Assembly (NCBI RefSeq): GCF_964194025.1
Contig: NC_134471.1
Span: 20,150,001 to 20,214,000 of the forward strand
Length of the DNA stretch: 64,000 bases
Origin: Convolutriloba macropyga
Taxonomy: Eukaryota
Reading direction: 5' to 3'
In this document: piece by piece, positions 35,552 to 47,200 of the stretch
How the letters are laid out: the number at the start of each line of letters is the position of its first letter
Numbering within the stretch: the stretch's first letter is position 1
Notes under the pieces: generated by a model
Seen by the model: only the letters and a program-made list of their open reading frames with translations
Database searches by the model: none
Told to the model about the DNA's origin: nothing
Position numbers and translations under genes: made by a program

Positions 35552-37708
35552 ATGTCGAGGAAATTCATCTTTCTATTAGCTTTATGTATTGCATGTTTGT
35601 GGGGAATGGGTTTGAGTGCACCTTCGGATAAATCAGGGCCAAAAGCAGAAGCCCAAAAATCTCGCAACTCGAATGCCGAATCGCAATTAGATCTCTCAAT
35701 TACAAAAGAACCAGTGGAAGATGCTTGTATTCCCATGAACAAGATCAAAGCCGCCTCTGAGAGGGATATAACGGCAGACACCAGTACAATCTGTGCAGGA
35801 ATTCAATGGACGTTGACATACAAAACCAATTTGCTCGGAGATTCTACTGGCTCGGACAGGACTACCTTCTGGATGGGCAACTTCCAGCCTTTGATCGGAC
35901 TTCACTGTTCCTCAAACACGGAACGATTCCTCTGCTCTTTAGCGCTACCTCTCTGTGCCCAACAACAGGCAAGCAAAACTGTACCAAACCCCAAATCTTA
36001 CATTATTCCGCCATGCAAAGAGCTTTGTCAGCAAGTGCAATTTGGTTGTGAAGCATCCATGAATGCTTACGGTTTTGACTGGCCATTCAACTGTGAGATG
36101 TTCAGAAGTAAATCTAGTCAGAATACATCCGATAAGGGCAGTGAGAATAGCATGAAGAATAACATGTGTGTGCCTCCAGTAAACACTGAGTACGATAGAC
36201 CGGCAGTGATTCCACCCGACAAGGTTTTGATTGGACCCACGGATCAAAGTGGCAACGGAGATTCAGAGTCATCGAGCACCTTCAAATGCCCGGATAAGTT
36301 GCAGACTAAAAAGGACTTGGGATACGTGTTCATGGGGGCTGAGGATTGCAGTGCTCCATGCAAAGAGGTTCTTTTCTCTCCTAAAGATTACGACGTTGCT
36401 CGATATTGGATTGGCGGATGGTCATTTGTCTGTTTCATCTCATCTTTATTCACATTTGCTACTTATTTAGTTGACAGGCGGCGATTCAAGTACCCTGAAC
36501 GACCGATTATGTTCATGGCGTTTTGTTACGTCTTCATTTCGTTCACGTTCTTCATCGGTTTTTTCGGCCAGAAGTCAATCAGTTGTTCGGCGGATCACTT
36601 ATCGACCGAATCGCCCTCCTCAATTACCTCATCAGAAAGCGGCAGTAACTCCCCCCAACCTTCCTCCGGCTATGCAGAGATTGTTTCACAGGGTATCAAA
36701 TCAAACGTTCTTTGTACGCTCTCTTTCGCGCTTCTCTACTACTGCCTAATGGCCAGCTCCTTATGGTGGGTTGTTCTTACCTTTACATGGTTACTTGCTG
36801 CAGGGCTTAAATGGTCTCACGAAGCCATTGAACGAAAAGCGTTTGTGTTCCACGCATTTGCATGGGTTGTACCATTTTTCCTCACTTTACTGGTACCTCT
36901 TTTCAACGGGGTTGAAGGCGACGATATTTCGGGCACCTGTTTCACTGGAATGCTGAATCCGGATTTCACACTGTACTTTGTTCTGACGCCGTTGGTAATC
37001 TCACTGGCGCTGGGTTTCACATTCCTGGTTTTTGGCTTTGTTTCTTTGTGTCGAGTTCGTCACTTTATTAAGAAGAATGGCGACCGGACTGACAAGCTTG
37101 AAAAACTGATGATCAGAATTGGGGTTTTCTCGTTGTTCTACATGGCGCCGGCTATTATTTTGGTGAGCTGTTTCCTGTACGAGTACAGATACAGAAGAAG
37201 CTGGCAAAACCACTGGTGGCATTCGCGATGCTCAATGTACCAGAAGGTGGGCGAGTATGATCAGTGTCTGTATTCGCAGCAGTCATCACAAATGAGTCAA
37301 AACGGAGCAGCGACCATGGATCTCTTTTCGGATACAAGCAATTCAAGAACAACCGCCAATTTCTACGTGTTCTTGTTGCGCTATTTCGTCACATTAGCAG
37401 TTGGGGTTACCTCCAGTTTCTGGCTATGGTCCAAGAAAACTTTTGATTCATGGAAAAACGTGTTGTGTATGAACGCCGTCTCCACAGCGGCCAGCAACAA
37501 TCCTCTTTTTGCTGCCAATGCCCCCCAAACAGTTGCATTGTCCAAAAAACTCACGGCCGTAAACAGCCCCCCGGGCGGTGTGAACGGAGCACAGGGTGCC
37601 AATGGAGTGACATCGATAATCAACGCCTCCAACCACCCGGGAGCAGGTGGTGGAAATCTAGGCAGGAAGGCCCAACTTAACACGGTACCCGGTGCTGCTT
37701 TTGTATAA
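35552..37708 (+). CDS. fzd: Frizzled family Wnt receptor, most similar to the Fz1/2/7 subfamily; intronless, 718 aa from the first ATG
   Basis: Signal peptide (MSRKFIFLLALCIACLWGMGLSA), 10-Cys CRD (35726-36169; NLLG, FLCS, PPCKELC, YGFDWP), and linker FKCPDKL...LGYVFMGAEDCSAPC (Fz1/2/7-like). 7TM region with RFKYPERPI, MASSLWWVVL, WSHEAIE and KLEKLMIRIGVFS, then the Dishevelled-binding KTFDSW (37436-37453). The ORF-track start at 35507 is a TTG. Confidence 0.97.
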   Translation: MSRKFIFLLALCIACLWGMGLSAPSDKSGPKAEAQKSRNSNAESQLDLSITKEPVEDACIPMNKIKAASERDITADTSTICAGIQWTLTYKTNLLGDSTGSDRTTFWMGNFQPLIGLHCSSNTERFLCSLALPLCAQQQASKTVPNPKSYIIPPCKELCQQVQFGCEASMNAYGFDWPFNCEMFRSKSSQNTSDKGSENSMKNNMCVPPVNTEYDRPAVIPPDKVLIGPTDQSGNGDSESSSTFKCPDKLQTKKDLGYVFMGAEDCSAPCKEVLFSPKDYDVARYWIGGWSFVCFISSLFTFATYLVDRRRFKYPERPIMFMAFCYVFISFTFFIGFFGQKSISCSADHLSTESPSSITSSESGSNSPQPSSGYAEIVSQGIKSNVLCTLSFALLYYCLMASSLWWVVLTFTWLLAAGLKWSHEAIERKAFVFHAFAWVVPFFLTLLVPLFNGVEGDDISGTCFTGMLNPDFTLYFVLTPLVISLALGFTFLVFGFVSLCRVRHFIKKNGDRTDKLEKLMIRIGVFSLFYMAPAIILVSCFLYEYRYRRSWQNHWWHSRCSMYQKVGEYDQCLYSQQSSQMSQNGAATMDLFSDTSNSRTTANFYVFLLRYFVTLAVGVTSSFWLWSKKTFDSWKNVLCMNAVSTAASNNPLFAANAPQTVALSKKLTAVNSPPGGVNGAQGANGVTSIINASNHPGAGGGNLGRKAQLNTVPGAAFV

Positions 37709-38291
37709 CTCATCAAACACTCGCAAATTGGAATGAAAATCTCTGACACAATTATGCAATAATGACACGCGATTATTCGTTGTTAGAAGCACGGAATGAC
37801 AGTGAAAGAAACCTTCGCTGGCCAAGACTCGGTGACGGTGAGCGCGCCAGCCAGCGAAGATGCACAAATAACAAACTCTATAGATTTAAAACTGACAAAA
37901 AAAACTTAGAAATGCTGAAATATCAGATATGATCTGCTCATTTTAACAGGGTTATTACATCTCATGTGGTCTACGAAAGCAATGTAAACATAAGGTGATC
38001 AGCTAACCACCGAAACCTCAACTGAAACTTGGTTCATACAAAATTTCCTCTTTTATTTTTGTTTTCAGCCGATGTGCTTTTGTTCACACAACAGATCGCT
38101 GCTGCTCTTTGTTTCTTGCTCTCTTTCTTATAGTTAGACATACAATTTAGTAGTTTACCAATAATCCAAGATTACCCTTCCCCCAAACTATCTCTATCTC
38201 TCTCTCTCTCTCTCTTAGACTAAGCTTTTATTGATCAACCTTTTTGATCAGAGCTCACAATATCAAAAAATACATGTTTCTCTATTAATCA

Positions 38292-41200
38292 AATGTGAAA
38301 CTTTGAACAGAAAAAAAATAAAATTTGGTAGGTAGTTTATTGATACTGTGAGTCAAACACTGCTGGTGCTTTTTGTGTTCTACTTCGTTCAAGAAAGTTA
38401 TGGCAACAAAATACCCGCCCCTTATTTTTGCATTAATCATACGAGCAGGACATACGTGACTAGACATTAATTACATAATACAAGATTGTAATGAAAAATG
38501 TGGTTTTTATTTTTGCTCCCTCTGTCGAAAAGAGTATCTTAGTTTTGGAAGTATTGTTGTAATAAATTGATGTAACTGTTGTTGGTCTTGAATTGCTCAG
38601 AGGTTTGACAGCTTTCATATAGAATTATTTCCTCTTCCTTGTAAAATAATTTTGAGTCAATACTGGACAATAAATTACATAAAATGCGACCTACTGTAGT
38701 TTTGTAATGCATTTCTCAATTCAAATTTTTCAGTTTCTTTAACTATCTTTTCACATAAAAGCACTTTATGGAAATTTCAAGTTGGCTAAATCTTATTTTA
38801 GTGGTGATCTCCTGTGAAAGTTTTCACTTTGTTAAGACTAGAATGCTTAACCCGATGGTAGAAGAGATTACAGGCGTGGGGGTGTATTTGAGCCCCGTTG
38901 AGCGTGAAATAAACACTGACAAACTATCAATAATTCAAATTCTCAACTGTTTTCTTTCCCCTCATACACTACTGCCATCCAGAATTCATATTTTTACAAC
39001 CTTACAACGCCTGACTTGAATTGGATTTAATTGTTTCTTCGAACATGATTTGGCTTTTAATAGTGCAATATCTTGTTCTAGTCTGGCTACAAACATTAAT
39101 GAACCATTTCGTGAACAATTTTTTTGCGGTGATCAAGTTTTTTATCTAACATAAAACAGTTCTCGGAGTTGGGAGTTTTTCGCGGCCATAAATTGGCTTC
39201 TAATTAATCAGAAATAGATCAAAGGTTAATTTAATTGTCTGTGTTGAAGCACGTGAATAACGGTTGCTAAATCAGGCACATATTAAAGTGATTTGTGATT
39301 TCTAGTGTGACATTCCATAAGTTGTTGCTAAAATACTTTCTCTCCCTGTTCTAAAAATTAGGGAATGATAAATTTGACGGCCAATTTGTTCGCTCTAGAT
39401 TGTTTTTGTTTATTCAGCTACTAGTTAAAGCTAATGTCACATTAAATAAGATAGATACCTCTCGACCTAAATTTAGAAAGAATCTAATATGGTTTGTCTT
39501 AGGAATGTTTTCATTCATTACTCCTCTTTAGTGAAATCGGTCAGTAGAAGAATTATTTAATTGAGCTAGCAATATTTTCAGTAGCTTGCGAAAATAGTGA
39601 CCGCTTATTGCGAAAAGATGGGAAAATATTTGCCTCAGGTAATTAGAGTGCTGTGTTGAAACAGTGAGCTGTTTGTGAGGCGTCTAAGCTCATAGTCAGT
39701 TTTACTGCCACAAAAATGCCCTCAATAAATATTACTCACATGAACAGCTATATCGGACTACTATTTTTGTTTCTCAGTTAAACATATAATCTGTTTTTAA
39801 TGACTATTAAATATGTGAATGAAAATATTTTTTTTTCTCAAAAGCTGGGATATCAATAACAATCTAAACCCTACAAAATTTTAGCAAGTCAAGGATTTGC
39901 AAATCATTTGAGCTAAGAAAGTTATGCATTTTTTCAGACTCTGTGCGCTATAAATTAACATAGACGCGTATATATAGCGCAGAGGCAATTAGGGGGTATA
40001 ATTTGGAGGTAAGCTTGGAAATCGATACGACAGACAATGCACAATAATTTGTCCCCGTAACTTGATTCGTCCTAATTATTCCTAACTACTTGCTGTCTCT
40101 GTTAGACTTCCACAATTGGCACCTTTGATTTTCCCCGCCCCAAAGCAGCAAATGGCTCGAATTTTGACTTAATTATGGAAGATTGGCGACATTAGGCTAA
40201 TGTGGGAAGTTTTAAGCTTAGCTACGCGTCTGCAATTAGGAGCCGCGTTAAAATGTCCAATGTTGAAAGGGGCGCTTTTGTTAAAATTTTGGAGTTTTTC
40301 CTGTACAGAATTTACAGTTTAGCACGTATTTTTTTGCTTTTTATTTCTTCAAGGCAATTTTTCTGACTTTTCTAAGCGTCAATGAGCGTAAAATAGTTCT
40401 GTGATCATTTTTGTAGTTTCTTTGTTGACTCCGCATAATATTTTTCAGTTCTGGATGCGATAGCTCGACTAGCTTTTTAAGCGACTTAGCCTTTTGGCAT
40501 TTAGATTCCTGAGACGAGGAAACTCGGGGCTTTAAAAGTTAGCACGTGAACAGATTACTAACTGAAGTGTAAAATCGATTAGATTTTCTATCCAGAAAAT
40601 GCCGGACCGTTATATTGACAGGAATCAATCGCGGCGTCAGTGGCCATAAACCCCTCCCCTGCTATTCGCCCCGTGTTAATACATGTGAATGTACATACAC
40701 CGCTGGCAAAGCAATGGACTGGGGCTTAATGCATCTAAAAGTAAAAAAAGTTGATTATTTTTGGGAAAAGTCTCGCTTTTAATCTGAGATTAGAGTTTAA
40801 ATTGATTTTGTAACCGCAAGCTTTCTTTTCAAAGCCCCAATTTTGTAGTTTTAAAGGTTGCCTGGGGTGAAATAAGGAAGATTTGACGTAATTTTTGTTA
40901 TAACTTTTTTTAGTTTTGGGCAAGTTATGACTTGCTTTTGTAAGTATATACAATTAAAGTTAATTTATTTAGGTAAGTTTAGTAATGTGACAATTGTTGA
41001 GCATTTGTTCAAAAGTTCAAAGTAATTGCGGCGTGAAGAAAATTCATGATCGAAGTGTTAAAAACAAGTTTTGTGAAAGTTTAATTAGTTGCAGTAAATG
41101 TGTTGGAATAAGTATTTATCAAACCATGAGCTTTGAATATTGCTAATTAGTTTAATGCTAATAATTGCCACGATAGGGGGCTGGTCACGGTTGAAAAGCA

Positions 41201-44200
41201 GCATAATACAAATGTTTCTTTTAGGATCAGCTTCGTTGAACTTGTTTTTAAATGGTTTAAGTTGATCTGAAACCAAGTTTTCAGCATTCACTCAGATATA
41301 GTTGGTGTTTTCAATTGTCTATTATGGTTCTAACTGCATGAATTTTGGTAGACAAAATATTTACGTAAATTTATAAGCTCAAACTTGGAGTGTTTTCGTT
41401 TTTTTTAAAGAATTTGAAGTTGTTTTTCCAGGTTTGTATATTTACTTAATCGAATTTTAGTCTATGGCTGGTAAACAAAAAGTAGGGAACTTTTTTAATT
41501 AAATATACAGCACGGAACTCACAATCTTAATTGAATGAGGCCGCGGCATTTTAGTATTCTTATTCCTCCTTCCGCTTTGTAGTTCACACTTTGAGTGGCC
41601 TCTTCAGGGCGGGTGACGCTAGAGGGCTAAAAGGGGGAGGGGAGAGAGGGGTGGGTGGGGCTGCAGTTACTTACTACAGGCGCAAGGGCAGATTTATCGC
41701 ACGAGGAAAAGCGTGAACATTCAAGTGCACACGTTGATTGGGCGGGCTCAGGTGCTTTTAAATATAAAAGGATCAAAATCAAAACAGTCTGATTTTAATG
41801 GCCCCAATTAAAGCCGAACGTTGACCTGCTCCATTTGGGCCTAATTTTTAAACTTCTTCCCAAGCAGTCATAAACTTGTCCTCAGACATGGTACAAAACA
41901 AGCCCCAAATTTCCTTAACAAGCTAATTTTTTTTGTAAACAATTTTTTCAAATTATTTTTCATTTTTTCACAATCTGTTTATCTACGCTGCAGAGAATTG
42001 AACGGATGACACTAATTGTTAGCGTTTTTAGCTTTACAGAACAAATAAACCTAACCAAAACCAGTGAAAATTTAAATTGAAAACAACAGCGATTTGCCGA
42101 TATTTGTAACAAGTTAGAGTTACAAGAAATGTTGAGCTGTCATCGGCGGTGAATCGGTTTAGTGAGCGTGGAGCAGCTTGTTGTTTGTTTGAATATAGGG
42201 AGGAAAGGAACGGAGGCTAGATAGCTGCAATTGAGATGAGGCAGGCGGTGGTTTAAACAGATACATTTGGAGATAGACTCCGTGGAGCCACTGCTATTAT
42301 GGCGATTGTGCGGGTGCAAAGAGCCGTATCTCAAGGGGCGGCACCCTTCACTCCCTCAACACCCCCCTCCCCCCCCCCCCCCACCTCTTTCTATCTATAT
42401 CTATATAACATCCCACACCAAATCACTACCACGAGAAGAATCAACAGAAGCAGTTCAAATGGACGAGTGTTCAAATTGACCACAACTTCAATTAGCTTAA
42501 CATTTTTTAAACTTTTTTGTTCATAGGAAATCGGCTCGAAGAAAAACAAAAGTTTAAATGGACTGTAAATATAAACACCTATCACAGCGCGGCAAATTTT
42601 GATCACTGGTTCAATTGTAATTTTACTTGTTACAAAATAGCCCCATTGACTCAAAATAGCCTCATTCGGTTGACTATTTTGTCATCGGATATTGCTTTTT
42701 GCATATTTAGCTATTGAGATGCCCACCAAAGCACCCCTTCTCCAAGTTCTGCTCATCACAGGTAGCCTGAAGCTACCTTAATAATTGATATTGTCAACAA
42801 TTTGTGAATTTTCAGTAAGGGGTCAAAATGAGAAACTTTTATAATAATAGGTGTTGCGATACAGTACTAAACGATACTAGAAAATTTTGATTTGCTGCGT
42901 CGACCATTATTTTATCGTCCTGATGATACTCTTTGAACAGAAATCCCACCACCACTACCATCGTCACAACACCACATCCCTTATCAGCCCGCCCTCCCCT
43001 CTTTTCCTCTCTCTACTCATTTAATTTCCCTCCGCGACCAACTAAACAAATCCCCTGTATTATATATGCATATACGCATATCCATTTCCATTTATAAATA
43101 TTATATTTTTAAAACTTTTGGTGCAAAAATCCGATGGCTCAAAACTTTCGTCGTGTCGATGAGAGGTTTTTATATTTCAAGCTGAATTCATGTTTAAGAT
43201 TCGTAACCTCGAAATTTTAGATTTTACCCTTAACGTAGAACAATTTAGAACTCCTGAGTAAATCTGACATTTCTTGATGAAATAATGGGTTTTAAGTTTT
43301 CTGACAAAAGCAGATTAAAAAGAATTTTAATTTTTGATGTGGAAATTTTTTAGACAATTTTTGGCTTCTGTCGTAGTACTGTTCAAAAAGAACAGTTTCT
43401 AAAAATAGACTTTGAGGTGAAAAGAAAGTGGATTTGTCACGGACAGTTAACTAGTTTGTTGATAAAAAAACGAAGTTGATGTTTTTTTAACAGGTTACTA
43501 ATTTGTTGATAAATTTTTATTATTTCAGCGCAAGCGGTAATTAACTCAAAGTTAATTTTGTAGGCAAAAATTGTCCTTCGATGATGAACTCACTGCATTA
43601 AAATAAACATCAATTCCGTTTATAAACTATAGTTTGGCTGGGAAGCGAGGGGCCTAAAAAGAGGTTTATTTTTCATTTTGCTATTTTTACAAAAAATACG
43701 GAAAACGTTTTTTTGGAGTAGTTAAAACCATGGATTGCTTTTAGCGTACTTAAAGCGTATCGATATTCGAGCCGGCCGGCGGAGGTGGAATTTTTGAATT
43801 TCATTCTAATACTCTATCCGGCTATAAATGCGGCTGTATAGAGAGTAACTTAGAGGAGCCGAGCGGGGGAATTAAAATATAGAGCAGGGATAGAATGGGA
43901 AATTAGAAGACGCTACGTGGTGTGGAATGAACTGCTGTGGAGTTTTGAGGGGAGGCTGGCGCTGAGGGGGGAGGGGGTGAAGGAATAGCAATGAGAGAGT
44001 GAAAGGGGATCATGTGTTTTATTATTCAATTCCTGACTTGATCTGCAAATTTATTGGGAGAGCTCTAGGCCGAAAAGCCACTCAACCTTCTTGTCTTCCC
44101 TCTGGGAAAATAGACCCAAACACATGCGCTTATTTGTTCGAAAAAGTGTAAATCTTGCCAAATTTATGCTTTTTAACCAAAACTATGGCTGACGTTTTTA

Positions 44201-47200
44201 ATTGAGCTATTTTACGACCCGTGTTTTGAAATAAATTGGCGAAAATTTTTTACGTTTTTGCCTGGAAAATGATTGTTGTTGGTATCTTAAATATAATGAA
44301 AGTTACTCTAAATAATTCGATCTTAAAAACTGCAATGTAACTCACGAAAAGCTTATAAGCCTATTTTAGGTGCGTTTTAATTGCAGAATTAAGCTAATTG
44401 ATGAAGCGCGAACTTCTAAAAGTTTTAAAATTATAATTCACCCCTAATTTTGGTGACCCAAAAAAGGAGTTAAATAGATTTCTGAAATAATTAAAAGTGA
44501 AGTTTTTTATTCGGCTTAGTGTGATTGGAGCCATGAGTGACACGTGTGTTAATAGTTAGTGCCCGCCCTCTTTGTAAGCGTGCAACTCATGAAGTATTTA
44601 GAAGGAAATAGGCGGCAAAAGTGGCTTTGATGTTTGATTGTATAGTGGGAAAGGGGCGAGGCTTCTGTGCGCGAGAGAGGAACAAATGTTCGTTCACTCT
44701 TTCTCTCTCTCTCTCTCTCATTTAAACTCTTCTTGTCTCTCTTCATAAATGCTTTCTGTTCATGCGAGCGAGTGAAGGAAACGTACTTTCATACATATCA
44801 ACATAAATCGCATATTATATTATGTATGAATAAAACAAAAAAAGCCAACGCCGGCTCTGTTTGTTGCTTTGCTGAATGTGAAACTTTGAACAGAAAAAAA
44901 ATAAAATTTGGTAGGTAGTTTATTGATACTGTGAGTCAAACACTGCTGGTGCTTTTTGTGTTCTACTTCGTTCAAGAAAGTTATGGCAACAAATTACCCG
45001 CCCCTTATTTTTGCATTAATCATACGAGCAGGACATACGTGACTAGACATTAATTACATAATACAAGATTGTAATGAAAAATGTGGTTTTTATTTTTGCT
45101 CCCTCTGTCGAAAAGAGTATCTTAGTTTTGGAAGTATTGTTGTAATAAATTGATGTAACTGTTGTTGGTCTTGAATTGCTCAGAGGTTTGACAGCTTTCA
45201 TATAGAATTATTTCCTCTTCCTTGTAAAATAATTTTGAGTCAATACTGGACAATAAATTACATAAAATGCGACCTACTGTAGTTTTGTAATGCATTTCTC
45301 AATTCAAATTTTTCAGTTTCTTTAACTATCTTTTCACATAAAAGCACTTTATGGAAATTTCAAGTTGGCTAAATCTTATTTTAGTGGTGATCTCCTGTGA
45401 AAGTTTTCACTTTGTTAAGACTAGAATGCTTAACCCGATGGTAGAAGAGATTACAGGCGTGGGGGTGTATTTGAGCCCCGTTGAGCGTGAAATAAACACT
45501 GACAAACTATCAATAATTCAAATTCTCAACTGTTTTCTTTCCCCTCATACACTACTGCCATCCAGAATTCATATTTTTACAACCTTACAACGCCTGACTT
45601 GAATTGGATTTAATTGTTTCTTCGAACATGATTTGGCTTTTAATAGTGCAATATCTTGTTCTAGTCTGGCTACAAACATTAATGAACCATTTCGTGAACA
45701 ATTTTTTTGCGGTGATCAAGTTTTTTATCTAACATAAAACAGTTCTCGGAGTTGGGAGTTTTTCGCGGCCATAAATTGGCTTCTAATTAATCAGAAATAG
45801 ATCAAAGGTTAATTTAATTGTCTGTGTTGAAGCACGTGAATAACGGTTGCTAAATCAGGCACATATTAAAGTGATTTGTGATTTCTAGTGTGACATTCCA
45901 TAAGTTGTTGCTAAAATACTTTCTCTCCCTGTTCTAAAAATTAGGGAATGATAAATTTGACGGCCAATTTGTTCGCTCTAGATTGTTTTTGTTTATTCAG
46001 CTACTAGTTAAAGCTAATGTCACATTAAATAAGATAGATACCTCTCGACCTAAATTTAGAAAGAATCTAATATGGTTTGTCTTAGGAATGTTTTCATTCA
46101 TTACTCCTCTTTAGTGAAATCGGTCAGTAGAAGAATTATTTAATTGAGCTAGCAATATTTTCAGTAGCTTGCGAAAATAGTGACCGCTTATTGCGAAAAG
46201 ATGGGAAAATATTTGCCTCAGGTAATTAGAGTGCTGTGTTGAAACAGTGAGCTGTTTGTGAGGCGTCTAAGCTCATAGTCAGTTTTACTGCCACAAAAAT
46301 GCCCTCAATAAATATTACTCACATGAACAGCTATATCGGACTACTATTTTTGTTTCTCAGTTAAACATATAATCTGTTTTTAATGACTATTAAATATGTG
46401 AATGAAAATATTTTTTTTTCTCAAAAGCTGGGATATCAATAACAATCTAAACCCTACAAAATTTTAGCAAGTCAAGGATTTGCAAATCATTTGAGCTAAG
46501 AAAGTTATGCATTTTTTCAGACTCTGTGCGCTATAAATTAACATAGACGCGTATATATAGCGCAGAGGCAATTAGGGGGTATAATTTGGAGGTAAGCTTG
46601 GAAATCGATACGACAGACAATGCACAATAATTTGTCCCCGTAACTTGATTCGTCCTAATTATTCCTAACTACTTGCTGTCTCTGTTAGACTTTCACAATT
46701 GGCACCTTTGATTTTCCCCGCCCCAAAGCAGCAAATGGCTCGAATTTTGACTTAATTATGGAAGATTGGCGACATTAGGCTAATGTGGGAAGTTTTAAGC
46801 TTAGCTACGCGTCTGCAATTAGGAGCCGCGTTAAAATGTCCAATGTTGAAAGGGGCGCTTTTGTTAAAATTTTGGAGTTTTTCCTGTACAGAATTTACAG
46901 TTTAGCACGTATTTTTTTGCTTTTTATTTCTTCAAGGCAATTTTTCTGACTTTTCTAAGCGTCAATGAGCGTAAAATAGTTCTGTGATCATTTTTGTAGT
47001 TTCTTTGTTGACTCCGCATAATATTTTTCAGTTCTGGATGCGATAGCTCGACTAGCTTTTTAAGCGACTTAGCCTTTTGGCATTTAGATTCCTGAGACGA
47101 GGAAACTCGGGGCTTTAAAAGTTAGCACGTGAACAGATTACTAACTGAAGTGTGAAATCGATTAGATTTTCTATCCAGAAAATGCCGGACCGTTATATTG

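Noticed and set aside
35497-37867. Overlapping and antisense ORFs within Frizzled
   Set aside because: Shadow frames of a GC-richer coding region, with no independent motifs.
38292-44874. TCF/LEF sites (CTTTGWW) suggesting Wnt feedback on Frizzled
   Set aside because: I saw about 8 per unit, and a rough estimate from base composition gives about 6 by chance on both strands, so there is no evident enrichment.
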